DNA of 43,995 nt, from the IMG/VR virus record IMGVR_UViG_3300009678_000081, positions 1-43,995 of that record, one strand, 5' to 3'. Position 1 is the stretch's first letter. Each line of letters opens with the position of its first letter. Under the pieces are notes generated by a model. That model did no database searches. It was not told the origin of the DNA and saw nothing but the letters and a program-made list of their open reading frames with translations. Of this stretch, positions 1-8,944 are shown piece after piece. Origin of the DNA: a virus (lineage: Duplodnaviria > Caudoviricetes). Made by a program: the position numbers and the translations under genes.

Positions 1-123
1 CTCCCGGGCGCGTCGTGGGCCCTGATGGTCACGGACGAGGACGGCGTCGGGAACGACCCGCTCTACGGCGTGCTCACGATAGTCACGCCGTCGGGCCAGG
101 GCGCGGCGACGCGCGAGGCGATC
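1..123. repeat. Terminal direct repeat, left copy (circular assembly overlap)
   Basis: 1-123 (ctcccgggcg...gaggcgatc) is identical to 43873-43995, and an ORF reads through the junction. Confidence 0.95.
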
Positions 124-225
124 GGCGGTGAGTGGGAGAAGTTCTCGGCGACGGGCGAGGAGCGCGAGATGTACGTGAGGAACGAAGGGTTCCTCGAGAT
201 CACGGTAGAGGAGGGAGTGACATGA
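1..225 (+). CDS. Hypothetical protein, 3' part of a 91-aa ORF starting at ATG 43822 and crossing the circular junction
   Basis: In-frame continuation MIPALRIIQDAVRVVLR-LPGASWALMVTDEDG...; ATGA overlaps at both ends. Confidence 0.7.
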   Translation, partial: LPGASWALMVTDEDGVGNDPLYGVLTIVTPSGQGAATREAIGGEWEKFSATGEEREMYVRNEGFLEITVEEGVT

Positions 226-404
226 AGGCGAGAGAACTGATCGTGCGCCTGAGCGAGCTACTGGACGAGCGTCCTGAACTCGCGACGGCCGAGGTCACAA
301 CCGAGGGCTGCGACTGCGACGGGGACGTCGGTACCGTCAGCGTGCTCGAGTACAAGGCCCGGCACAAGAAGCCGGTGTACGTCGTATACCTGGAGCGGTC
401 ATGA
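222..404 (+). CDS. Hypothetical protein (60 aa)
   Basis: ATG 222 overlaps the upstream stop (ATGA), GGAG RBS, ATGA coupling to the next gene. Confidence 0.65.
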   Translation: MKARELIVRLSELLDERPELATAEVTTEGCDCDGDVGTVSVLEYKARHKKPVYVVYLERS

Positions 405-1270
405 GGCGAACCTACGTCACCGTCAGCGAGATGCAGGACTTCCTCAAGTGCCAGTGGAGGTGGTACGCGAAGTACCGCCTGAACCGCGTCCCGCGCCGGT
501 GGTCGGACGCGCTGATCCTGGGCACGGCCGTCCACGACATCTTCGAGGGGCACTTCAAGGGCGAGCCGCTCGAGCGCGCGTTCGACCTCGTCGACCTCAC
601 CATGATCCCTCCCCCTGGGATGGACCCGGACCACGTCGCCGCCGCCGTCAAGGCGAGGAAGCAGCTTCACGCGTACCGCCCGCAGATCGTCGGGTTTGTG
701 GACCAGTTCCGCGTCGACGAGACGCTCGAGGTCGAGGAGGCGTTCGAGTTGCCGCTCGATCCGGGTTGGGTTCTCCAGGGGCGCCCGGACCGCGTGGTCC
801 GCGTCGGCGACGTCGTGTACCACCAGCAGCACAAGACGCTCGCGCCGAACAAGGCCCTCGAGACGTACTCGAAGGTGATCGCGCGCTCCATGCACGAGGG
901 CCTCTACGGGTACTACCTCTCGCGGAAGTACAACGGGCTGCTCCAGTACGGGGGCACAGCCCTCAACGTCATCCTAAAGAAGGTCGTCGACGACCAGAGG
1001 AAGGGCAGCTTCCAGACGATCATCAAGGTCGACGCGGTCGAGCGGGAGCGCGCGCGCCTCCGTGCGATCCTGATCGTCCGCGAGATGGCGCGGGCAGAGT
1101 CTATCGTAGCGCGCTTTGGGCACCACGCCCTGATCGACAACCCCCTCGAGGACGCGGGCGCGTTCGGGAACTCCCTCGACGGGTACTACCACGTCCTCAC
1201 GGGGCAGCGGAAGCTGTCCGACGACGCGTACTTCATGGACAGGGAGGAGCGATATGTCGCGCAAGGTTGA
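401..1270 (+). CDS. PD-(D/E)XK superfamily (RecB/Cas4-like) exonuclease
   Basis: S.MQDFLKC.WRWY, GTAVHDIFE, VEEAFEL, LQGRPDRV, QHKT motifs; lies next to Sak4-like ATPase and SSB. Confidence 0.8.
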   Translation: MRRTYVTVSEMQDFLKCQWRWYAKYRLNRVPRRWSDALILGTAVHDIFEGHFKGEPLERAFDLVDLTMIPPPGMDPDHVAAAVKARKQLHAYRPQIVGFVDQFRVDETLEVEEAFELPLDPGWVLQGRPDRVVRVGDVVYHQQHKTLAPNKALETYSKVIARSMHEGLYGYYLSRKYNGLLQYGGTALNVILKKVVDDQRKGSFQTIIKVDAVERERARLRAILIVREMARAESIVARFGHHALIDNPLEDAGAFGNSLDGYYHVLTGQRKLSDDAYFMDREERYVAQG

Positions 1271-2348
1271 CGTCGAGCAGGTCTCGAAGACGTACCACCT
1301 CCTCGCGTCCTTCAACGGGATCGTGCGGTGGGGCGCGCGCAACAAGGACACGATCGAGGGCGCGTGGGCCGGGAACGCCGCGGAACTCGTCCAGTTCGCG
1401 GAGGCGTACGCCGATTGGGACTTCTACGTCCAGCTTAACCCGTCGGAGCGGCGCCACGGCCGCAGGTGCCGGACGGAGGACATCGCGGCGTGGGAGTGGT
1501 TCGTCGTGGACCTCGACCCCGAGGGCGACTACGTCCCCGACGAGCGCGCGCTGTTCCGCGCCTCGGAGAACATCGAGAAGGCGATGCACAACTACCTCGG
1601 GCACAAGTTCGACGCGCTCCGCGTCTACTCCGGGCGCGGGATGCAGATGTGGTTCCGCGTCGGGAAGCACATCGCCGCGCACGCGTCCGTCGGGGGCATG
1701 TACCACGAGTTCTACGCGGACGCGGACTTCCCCATTCACGCGGTAGACCTCTGGCAGGACCCGCCCATCAGCGTGCAGAAGGTCATCAAGCTGCGCGACG
1801 CCATCACGTGCGCGCAGCGGTACTGGCTCGGGCAGCTAGGCACGCGCGTCGGCGTCGAGCGCATCATCGTGGACCCGTCCGTCTCGGACCTCCCGCGCCT
1901 CATGCGGTGCCCGGGCACGTACAACCGGAAGACGGGGAAGCAGGCGCGCTCGTACTTCTACTCGGGGACGGACGTCCAGAAGAACCTCGGGCGGCTCCTC
2001 CTCAAGTACACGCCGAAGGACCGACTCTGGCCGGCGCCGGCGGTGGGCCAGGACGGAGTACTCCCCGAGGGCGCGCCGTGGCAGGCGGCAGGCGCGCGCA
2101 TCAACATGACGGCCGCGAACACGATCACGTTCGGCGCGACGGAGCCGGGGCGGCACCGCGCGATGTGCGCGGCGGCGCGCGCGCTGGCCGAGGTCGGCAT
2201 CTCGGAAGTCGAGATCGTGAAAGCACTTACGCTGGCCGGCTCGAGGTCCCGGCCGGAGCTACTCGACCCCGAGTACATCGCGCGGACGGCGCGCGACGCG
2301 GCGGTCCGCTTCGGAAAATATCCTGTTGACACGGAGGCCGGTTCGTAG
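1254..2348 (+). CDS. Archaeo-eukaryotic primase (RepB/prim-pol-like) with C-terminal PriCT-like helical domain
   Basis: VVDLD (DxD), YSGRGMQ.W, DLPRLMRCPGTYNRK, and GRHRAMCAAARAL motifs. Confidence 0.75.
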   Translation: MSRKVDVEQVSKTYHLLASFNGIVRWGARNKDTIEGAWAGNAAELVQFAEAYADWDFYVQLNPSERRHGRRCRTEDIAAWEWFVVDLDPEGDYVPDERALFRASENIEKAMHNYLGHKFDALRVYSGRGMQMWFRVGKHIAAHASVGGMYHEFYADADFPIHAVDLWQDPPISVQKVIKLRDAITCAQRYWLGQLGTRVGVERIIVDPSVSDLPRLMRCPGTYNRKTGKQARSYFYSGTDVQKNLGRLLLKYTPKDRLWPAPAVGQDGVLPEGAPWQAAGARINMTAANTITFGATEPGRHRAMCAAARALAEVGISEVEIVKALTLAGSRSRPELLDPEYIARTARDAAVRFGKYPVDTEAGS

Positions 2349-2354
2349 TATAAT
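2326..2354 (+). promoter_or_regulatory. Perfect sigma70-type promoter TTGACA-N17-TATAAT at the 3' end of the primase gene
   Basis: ttgaca 2326-2331, tataat 2349-2354, followed by the AGGAGG RBS of ATG 2385. Confidence 0.9.
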
Positions 2355-2384
2355 GGTCGATCCCACCCCAAGAGGAGGACACGC

Positions 2385-3224
2385 ATGGCACTGATCCCAC
2401 CGACCCAGGACGAGCGGAAGTTCTGGGGGCTGTTCTACGGCGGCCCCGGCACGGGCAAGTCCCGCCTCGCCGCCGCGTACCCCGACGAGTGGGGCGAGGC
2501 CGTCTACCTCGCAGTCGACAACGACGGCGCCCGCCTCGACTCCATCCTGCCGCAGCACCGAGGCAGGCTCCACGTGTACGGCTTCGACGGAGGGAGCCCG
2601 ATCGACAACATGAACCAGTTCGCGATCGAGAACTGGAAGAAGGTCCACCCGGGCGCGGGCGTCGTGATCGTCGACACGCTCTCGCGCGCCGCGAAGAAGA
2701 TGCTCGTGTACGCGTCGAAGCAGAACTACTTCCAGGCGAGCAGCCGACTCCAGTTCGGTCCGAAGAGCGCCGAGATTTCGCAGGGGCTCCCGATGCCGGG
2801 CGACTACGGCGGTACGCAGTACCTGCTCCGGAACTGGATCGACGCGCTCTTCCTGCACCAGCGGAAGATGCACATCATCGTCGTGTGTCACCAGTACGAG
2901 TGGTTCCCTGGGAAGGACTCGCCCGCGGGCGCGAAGGCGTTCGGGGGCCCGGACACGATCGGCCACGCACTCGTCGAGGACCTCGCGAGTGAGTTCCCGG
3001 CGGTCGTGCGCCTCGACGTGGACCACATCACGGGCCTCGACGGGAAGGTGCAGTCGAAGTATGTCGCGCACAGCGCCATGACGGGCATCTACACGGCGCG
3101 CATCAAGGAGGGCGACGAGAAGGGCAACCCGATGCCGAAGGTCGTACTGGCCGCGAACCCGCGGAACTGGTTCGACGAGTACACCAAACACTTCATGAGG
3201 AAGGAGACCGTAAATGCGTCCTAA
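2385..3224 (+). CDS. AAA ATPase, Sak4-like/AAA_24 recombination protein
   Basis: Walker A YGGPGTGKS, Walker B VIVDTLS, HIIVVCH motif; followed by an SSB-like gene. Confidence 0.8.
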   Translation: MALIPPTQDERKFWGLFYGGPGTGKSRLAAAYPDEWGEAVYLAVDNDGARLDSILPQHRGRLHVYGFDGGSPIDNMNQFAIENWKKVHPGAGVVIVDTLSRAAKKMLVYASKQNYFQASSRLQFGPKSAEISQGLPMPGDYGGTQYLLRNWIDALFLHQRKMHIIVVCHQYEWFPGKDSPAGAKAFGGPDTIGHALVEDLASEFPAVVRLDVDHITGLDGKVQSKYVAHSAMTGIYTARIKEGDEKGNPMPKVVLAANPRNWFDEYTKHFMRKETVNAS

Positions 3225-3783
3225 GATTCGCCCCGTCTCTGCCGAGGCCGCCGCTGCGGGCCAGGCCGCGATCGACAGCTTCAACAACGTGTTCGTCCCC
3301 GAGGGCGCCGAGTCCTACCCGACGAAGAACGGTACGGGCCGCCGGTGGAGCGCCCGCCTTTCGATCGAGAAGGCGCGCGTCAGCGTGGGCGGCACGAAGG
3401 ACGAGCCGAACGACAGCATCGCCGTGTACTACCTAATGACGAAGGCGCTCCCGCTCAACGTCTCCGCGAAGGACGCGGTCCCGGTCGGGACGCAGTACCA
3501 CCTCAACGTCCGTGTCGACAGCGACAAGATCGCGGACGGGGACGAGATGGCCATCCGGAACGAGGCCGTCCTCACGTCCCTCTTCATGGCGCTCGGCGTC
3601 GACGTCAAGTCCGACGGCCTCAGCGAGAGCATGATCATGGGTGCGTTCCCCGAGCGGGGGAACGAGGCGAAGAGCACCATCCTCGGTCGGCGCGTCATCG
3701 TGACGCTCTCGGCCAGCCCCGGCAAGGACGGCGGGCGCACGTTCCTCAACGTCGACCGGTTCCTTCCGGACGTGGAGGGCTAG
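3214..3783 (+). CDS. Putative single-stranded DNA-binding protein (DUF669-like OB fold)
   Basis: Position after the Sak4-like ATPase; beta-rich, ending GRRVIVTL...FLNVDRF. Confidence 0.5.
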   Translation: MRPKIRPVSAEAAAAGQAAIDSFNNVFVPEGAESYPTKNGTGRRWSARLSIEKARVSVGGTKDEPNDSIAVYYLMTKALPLNVSAKDAVPVGTQYHLNVRVDSDKIADGDEMAIRNEAVLTSLFMALGVDVKSDGLSESMIMGAFPERGNEAKSTILGRRVIVTLSASPGKDGGRTFLNVDRFLPDVEG

Positions 3784-4404
3784 GTGAACCCAGAGGGACG
3801 CGAGTCACACAACATCGTCACGCAGGCGATGCAGGAACTCGCGGGCATGCGGGGAGTCAACCAGACTCTCCGCTCCATGCCCGCCTCGGAGGTGCCCCCG
3901 CCGCTCACGGACGAGCAGGCGATCGAGGAGTTCCGGCAGTCGACCGGCATGATCATCAACTCGAACGGCGAGGTGATCGGGCAGGACCCGAACTGGCGCC
4001 CGTCCGCTGCTGCGGGACAGGTTCCGTTCGCTCCCCCGATCGAACCGCCGGCACAGGAGGCCCCGAGCGTGTTCGGATTCGGCAGGAAGAAGCACCCACT
4101 CGCGGAGGGGTCGCGCGTCGTCCTCTCGAAGATCAAAGGGATCGACCTCGAGGCGGGCGACGTCATCATCGACAACATGCGGTACCCTCTCTCCGAGGCC
4201 GACATCAAGCAGGTCGCGCGCTTCTGCCTCGGGGCGATGCAGCAGAACCTCCTGAACCAGATCAAGGAACTCGCGCAGGACTACGACGTCATCGACCAGA
4301 AGGCGACGGGGGGAGAGTCCGATGGACAAGGCGGCGAGGCGGAAGCAGCGGCGGGCGCTGCGCCTTCGGTCGACGGTGACGGGGAAGGCGGAAAGGCTTC
4401 GTAA
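3784..4404 (+). CDS. Hypothetical protein
   Basis: 206-aa ORF with phage-like codon usage directly after the SSB-like gene. Confidence 0.6.
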   Translation: MNPEGRESHNIVTQAMQELAGMRGVNQTLRSMPASEVPPPLTDEQAIEEFRQSTGMIINSNGEVIGQDPNWRPSAAAGQVPFAPPIEPPAQEAPSVFGFGRKKHPLAEGSRVVLSKIKGIDLEAGDVIIDNMRYPLSEADIKQVARFCLGAMQQNLLNQIKELAQDYDVIDQKATGGESDGQGGEAEAAAGAAPSVDGDGEGGKAS

Positions 4405-4876
4405 TCATCACGGGATCGACGCGGCGGGCGCCCTCACCTGGGCCCGCCGCATCCTCAACCCGTACTCGAGGTGCGCGATCTGCGGCGTCCCGGCCCGGAT
4501 CGCGCTCGCGTTCCACCGCCTCGGGTACCGCTTCTGGGGCAAGAGCCCGCTCCTCCAGGTCGACCACGTTGACCCGTGGGGCGGGAACGAGGAGTCGAAC
4601 CTCCGGCTCCTCTGCTCGAGGTGCAACGGCACGCGCGGCCCGGCCCTCCGCACGGACGAGGAGACGCTCCGGCGCGTCACGCGCCAGTACCACCGGTACC
4701 TCACGCTCCCGGAACTCTGGTTCCTGAACGACGCGCCCGGCAAGGGCGGAATCGCACGGAGAGGGAAACGTCATGAAGAGATTCTGCGCGGTCCTGCTCT
4801 CGAAGATGACGGACCCGATGCACCGGATGGCCCTCGCCCTGATGAAGGACGCGGGGATTCCCCCCGAGGAGGTTGA
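4322..4876 (+). CDS. HNH endonuclease
   Basis: CAIC...LQVDHVDP.GG....NLRLLCSRCN motif; GGGAG RBS. Confidence 0.8.
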   Translation: MDKAARRKQRRALRLRSTVTGKAERLRNHHGIDAAGALTWARRILNPYSRCAICGVPARIALAFHRLGYRFWGKSPLLQVDHVDPWGGNEESNLRLLCSRCNGTRGPALRTDEETLRRVTRQYHRYLTLPELWFLNDAPGKGGIARRGKRHEEILRGPALEDDGPDAPDGPRPDEGRGDSPRGG

Positions 4877-7112
4877 GTTCGTCTACGTCCTCGGGGACGA
4901 GCAGCCCGAGGGCGCGTACGAGGGGCCCACGCAGGAGCAGCTACGCCGTAACCGGCCCGCCTTCCGCGACGCGATGGAGGCGGCGTCGCCGCGCGTCATC
5001 ATGCCGATCGGGCCGGAGGCGTTCCGGGCCGTGACGGGCCTCACGTGGCGGATCGACGACGCGCGCGGGTACGTGATCTACCCGTCGGACTGCAAGCCGA
5101 CGGTCGAGGTCGCGAAGGTCCAGGAGGGAGAGTTCAAGTCCGGCCCGCGGAAGGGCCAGCCCAAGATCGTGAACCGCCGGTACTCGGCGCCGCCGCCGCT
5201 CCCGCGCGCGTGGTCGACACGCGAGTGGACCGCGTACAACAGCGTGATCGTCCCGTCGATCTCGTTCAAGCAGTACGTGAAGCAGAAGCGGCGCCAGGTC
5301 ACGGCCCTCATGTCCGCGTTCGAGACGGCCGCGGGCCTCGGGTTGAAGGACCGGGAGAACCTCGTCGACGCCGAGTTCCGGTACGAGACCGGGCTCAAGG
5401 GGGACGAGGTCGTGCCGCACCACGCGTCCATCGCGTTCGACATCGAGACGCCGATGGGCTCGACCGCGATCGACCGGTTCAGTCTGACGATGCGAGGCCT
5501 ACCCGTCGTTCACGGGACCTACGGCGAGATGACGTACACGCTCTCGTGGGGCGACGAGGAGAGGCGCTTCCTCCAGGCCGCGCTCTACCGCGCGAGCATC
5601 CACGTCGCGCACAACATCCAGTTCGACGAGTCGATCCTCCGCGCGAACGGCGTCACCGTCCCGGAGCCGTGGTTCGACACGATGATCTGCGCGCGCCTCC
5701 TCGAGCCCGACCTCCCGATGGGGCTCGGGCCGACGGCGCCGATCTACGTGCGTACTCGCCCGTGGAAGCACTTCGCAGAGGACCGTGGCTTCGCGGACCC
5801 GGAGTACTCGGCGAAGGACGCCTTCATCGAGGCGCGCGTCTTCGAGGAGCAGTGGAAGGCCCTCGAGGAGTGGGGCATGCTCGAGCTATTCACGAAGCGG
5901 ATGATGCCGTCCGTCAAGGCCCTGATCGAGATGCGCGAGAAGGGCCTCCGCGTCGACCCGCCGCGCGTGCAGGAGTGGTGCGCCGGGCTCCAGTCGGAAC
6001 TACAGCGCCTCCACTCCTGGTGGTTCGCGAACTTCCCGGGCGTGAGCCCGTCGTCGAACTCGAAGGACCTACCGAACCTCCTCTACAAGACGTGGGGGCT
6101 CCCGGTCCAGCGGTCGAAGAGCGACGGGTGGACGACGGACGAACTCGCGCTCCGGACGCTGATGGACATCGAGCCGAAGTACCGGGAGCCGCTCGAGAAG
6201 CTGCTCGAGATACGGAGGATTTCCAAGCTGCTCAAGACGTACGGGCGTGCGCTCTCCGGCACGGACCGCATCTACCCCTCGTACCTCCCGGCCGGGAAGG
6301 ACGAGCAGAAGGGGCACTATGAGACGAACAAGGTCTTCCCGGGGACAGGCCGCCTCGCCTCGAACAACCCGAACATCCAGAACCAGCCCGAGGACTCGCG
6401 CGGCCTCATCATCCCCGACGATCCCTCTATGGTTTTCCTTGCTGCGGACTACTCCCAGGCCGAACTACGCGTCATGGCCGCTCGATCGGGTGATCGCGCA
6501 CTTGCTGACGCCCTCGAGGGCGACGTCCACTCTAGGACGATCGAACTCGTCGGGCTCCCGCGGACGCAGGAAGGGCGCACCCTCGCGAAGAACGGAATCT
6601 ACGGCTTCTCGTACGGGGCCGGGCCCAAGACGGTCGCCGACACGATCCGGAAGACGGGGCTCGTCGTCTCGATCAAGGCCGTGAAGGAGTTCCAGCAGGC
6701 GCTCGCGCGCGCGTACCCGGAATGGTGGGCGTACCTCCAGACGCAGGGCGAGGTCGGCCGCGCGCAGGGCTTCCTCCGGAACCCGTTCGGGCGCATCCGC
6801 CGCTTCACGAGCCCCCAGAGCGACGTGCCCGCGATGAAGGACTACGAGCCGCAGAGCACCGTCGGCGACATCGGGTGGTCCACGTACCGGCAGCTTGCGG
6901 ACGGGGCGCGCTCGGTGGGCGGGCGCCTCTCGATCCTCGTCCACGACGAGGTCGTGATCCAGGTCCCGAAGGACCGCGTCAAGGAGGGCGCGGACATGCT
7001 GCGCGACGTGATGGAGCAGGAGTTCCCGGAGGTAGCGCCGGGCTTCCGTCTCCCGATCGAGATCGGGGTCGGGGACCGGTGGGGAAAGAAACTCAAACCG
7101 CTGGAGGAGTGA
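4773..7112 (+). CDS. polA: Family A DNA polymerase with N-terminal uracil-DNA-glycosylase-like domain and 3'-5' exonuclease
   Basis: Exo motifs FDIET, AHNIQFD, YSAKD; TGRLAS.NPNIQN; motif A ADYSQAELR; motif B RTLAKNGIYGFSYG; motif C VHDEV. Confidence 0.95.
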   Translation: MKRFCAVLLSKMTDPMHRMALALMKDAGIPPEEVEFVYVLGDEQPEGAYEGPTQEQLRRNRPAFRDAMEAASPRVIMPIGPEAFRAVTGLTWRIDDARGYVIYPSDCKPTVEVAKVQEGEFKSGPRKGQPKIVNRRYSAPPPLPRAWSTREWTAYNSVIVPSISFKQYVKQKRRQVTALMSAFETAAGLGLKDRENLVDAEFRYETGLKGDEVVPHHASIAFDIETPMGSTAIDRFSLTMRGLPVVHGTYGEMTYTLSWGDEERRFLQAALYRASIHVAHNIQFDESILRANGVTVPEPWFDTMICARLLEPDLPMGLGPTAPIYVRTRPWKHFAEDRGFADPEYSAKDAFIEARVFEEQWKALEEWGMLELFTKRMMPSVKALIEMREKGLRVDPPRVQEWCAGLQSELQRLHSWWFANFPGVSPSSNSKDLPNLLYKTWGLPVQRSKSDGWTTDELALRTLMDIEPKYREPLEKLLEIRRISKLLKTYGRALSGTDRIYPSYLPAGKDEQKGHYETNKVFPGTGRLASNNPNIQNQPEDSRGLIIPDDPSMVFLAADYSQAELRVMAARSGDRALADALEGDVHSRTIELVGLPRTQEGRTLAKNGIYGFSYGAGPKTVADTIRKTGLVVSIKAVKEFQQALARAYPEWWAYLQTQGEVGRAQGFLRNPFGRIRRFTSPQSDVPAMKDYEPQSTVGDIGWSTYRQLADGARSVGGRLSILVHDEVVIQVPKDRVKEGADMLRDVMEQEFPEVAPGFRLPIEIGVGDRWGKKLKPLEE

Positions 7113-7777
7113 TGACCGCCAACATCGCAACCATCTACCTCTCGGGGCCCATGACGGGCATCCCCGAGTACAACGCGCCCGAGTTCGCGCGCTTCGCCGC
7201 GATGTACCGTGCGAACGGGTTCAGGGTCCTCTCACCCCCCGAGCTAGACGCGGACGGGCCGAAGGACGACACGTACGAGAACTACCTCAAGCGGGACCTC
7301 CGGCTCTTCCTCGACGGGGACGTCTCGCGCATATACATGCTCCCGGGATGGGAGCGGAGCAGGGGCGCGAACCTCGAGCGGCACGTCGCGGAGATGCTCA
7401 AGATCGCCGTGTACGACGCCGAGACGGGGGAGCCCCTACCGCCCACGCCGCGCCAGGTGATGCCTGCCTCGAGTGAGGAGCGGAAGGGCGTCCCGCTCTG
7501 CACGGGCGTCCTGGACTACTTCCCCGCCGCGGTCGCGGCAGTCGCGCGCCTGTCGAAGTTCGGGAACGACAAGCACAACCCCGGCGAGCCCCTACACTGG
7601 GCGCGCGGGAAGTCGATGGACCACGCGGACTGCATCGCGAGGCACCTCGTCGACCGCGGGATCATCGATCCGGACACGGGGATGTCGCACACGGTCGAGG
7701 TCGCGTGGCGCGCGCTGGCGCTCCTCCAGATGGAACTCGAGCAGGGTGGCGCCCCGCGGGCGCGGGGAGCGTACTGA
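7112..7777 (+). CDS. Fusion of nucleoside 2'-deoxyribosyltransferase-like domain (DUF4406-like) and dATP/dGTP diphosphohydrolase-like domain (DUF5664-like)
   Basis: N-term IYLSGPMTG...N...F, YMLPGWERSRGANLE; C-term VARLSKFGNDKH...W.RG...DCIARHL...DPDTGMSH...AWRAL; ATG overlaps the pol stop (TGATG). Confidence 0.75.
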   Translation: MTANIATIYLSGPMTGIPEYNAPEFARFAAMYRANGFRVLSPPELDADGPKDDTYENYLKRDLRLFLDGDVSRIYMLPGWERSRGANLERHVAEMLKIAVYDAETGEPLPPTPRQVMPASSEERKGVPLCTGVLDYFPAAVAAVARLSKFGNDKHNPGEPLHWARGKSMDHADCIARHLVDRGIIDPDTGMSHTVEVAWRALALLQMELEQGGAPRARGAY

Positions 7778-8142
7778 TGTCGACGCCGCAGACGAAACGC
7801 ATCTTGGAGAAACGGAAGGAGGGCCTGTGCGACTCGTGCTCGAGGCCCGTGTTCGCGAGCCAGAAGTGCTTCCGGTGCGACCTCGTGAGGGCCTTCGCGA
7901 AGCGCGGCCTCTCGAAGTACCGCCTCAGGAACAAGCGCGCGTGGAACAACTTCGTCGTGGGGATGGCGGCGCGGTACGAGCGCATCCTCCAGGATGAGGG
8001 CTTCGCGGTCGACGCGATCCGCGAGCCGGAGAGGATGATCACGCTGTCGGGGATGACGTGGGCCGAGGGCCGCCCCAAGAAGAAGGTACTCGAGGTGATC
8101 GCGCAGTTCGACGACCGCGCAATTCGCAGGCGGTTCTCGTGA
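7777..8142 (+). CDS. Hypothetical protein with CxxC...CxxC zinc finger
   Basis: GLCDSC...KCFRC; TGATG coupling. Confidence 0.6.
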   Translation: MSTPQTKRILEKRKEGLCDSCSRPVFASQKCFRCDLVRAFAKRGLSKYRLRNKRAWNNFVVGMAARYERILQDEGFAVDAIREPERMITLSGMTWAEGRPKKKVLEVIAQFDDRAIRRRFS

Positions 8143-8531
8143 GCTACGGCATCGACTTCTACTCGAGCGAGTTCGGGGGCTCGTACAGGCCCGTGTCCCG
8201 CCTCAAGCGCCTCTACTACTGGTTCCTGCACACGTTCTACCCGGCAGAGGTGAAGAACGAGACGCGTTGGTTCAACAGGGCGCTGGACAGAATCTATCAC
8301 TTCGCAGGGGAGTACGTCTCTCCGGCCCTAGGCACGAAGCGCGTGCTCAGTAACTTCTCAACGTACGGCCAGCCCGATATGAGGACGTGGAGCACCCGGT
8401 GGGTCGCGCGCCGGACGGTGCCCGGGTACCACAACCGGAGCGCACGTAAGGCACAGGCCAGGCAGAAGGACCAGATGCTCTCGCGCATGCTGCGAGACGC
8501 CCAGACCATCCTACAGGAGGACAAGACATGA
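8139..8531 (+). CDS. Hypothetical protein
   Basis: GTGA and ATGA coupling on both sides. Confidence 0.5.
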   Translation: MSYGIDFYSSEFGGSYRPVSRLKRLYYWFLHTFYPAEVKNETRWFNRALDRIYHFAGEYVSPALGTKRVLSNFSTYGQPDMRTWSTRWVARRTVPGYHNRSARKAQARQKDQMLSRMLRDAQTILQEDKT

Positions 8532-8944
8532 TGACGCCCGCAGCGTGGTCCGCGCTGAACTACTTCAAGTCGTCCGAGTTCGACAGCAAGGACAAGCCCG
8601 GGAGCGCCGTGACCGGGATGCAGTACGACTTCATGCGCGCGCTAGACCGCGTGCGAGAGCGGGTCGGCGGCCGGTTCGTGATCAACAGCGGCTTCCGGAC
8701 GCCGAAGCACAACAAGGCCGTCGGGGGCCGGAAGAACTCCGCGCACCTCCGCGGGTGGGCGGCGGACGTCGACCTCGTGGAACTCGCGAAGGACCTCAAG
8801 GTGACGGTCCCGGCGGCGCGCGACCGCCTGATCGAGATGGCGCGCCTCGAGAAGTTCGCGCGGTTCGGCCTCTACCGGACGTTCGTCCACCTCGACATGG
8901 ACCCGTCGCTCCCGCAGGACGTGACGTGGCTGGAAGGCGAGTGA
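8528..8944 (+). CDS. Peptidase M15A-family endolysin
   Basis: YFKSSEF, INSGFR...HN..VGG...SAHLRGWAAD, FVHLD zinc motifs; AGGAGG RBS. Confidence 0.9.
   Translation: MMTPAAWSALNYFKSSEFDSKDKPGSAVTGMQYDFMRALDRVRERVGGRFVINSGFRTPKHNKAVGGRKNSAHLRGWAADVDLVELAKDLKVTVPAARDRLIEMARLEKFARFGLYRTFVHLDMDPSLPQDVTWLEGE

Noticed and set aside
401-1270. Cas4 as part of a CRISPR system
   Set aside because: Lacks the C-terminal Cys cluster and any cas or array context; it fits a phage recombination exonuclease
4773-7777. Z-genome (2-aminoadenine) or 7-deazaguanine DNA modification system
   Set aside because: No PurZ, DpdA, FolE or QueC/D/E recognised, and strong restriction-site avoidance argues against global base substitution
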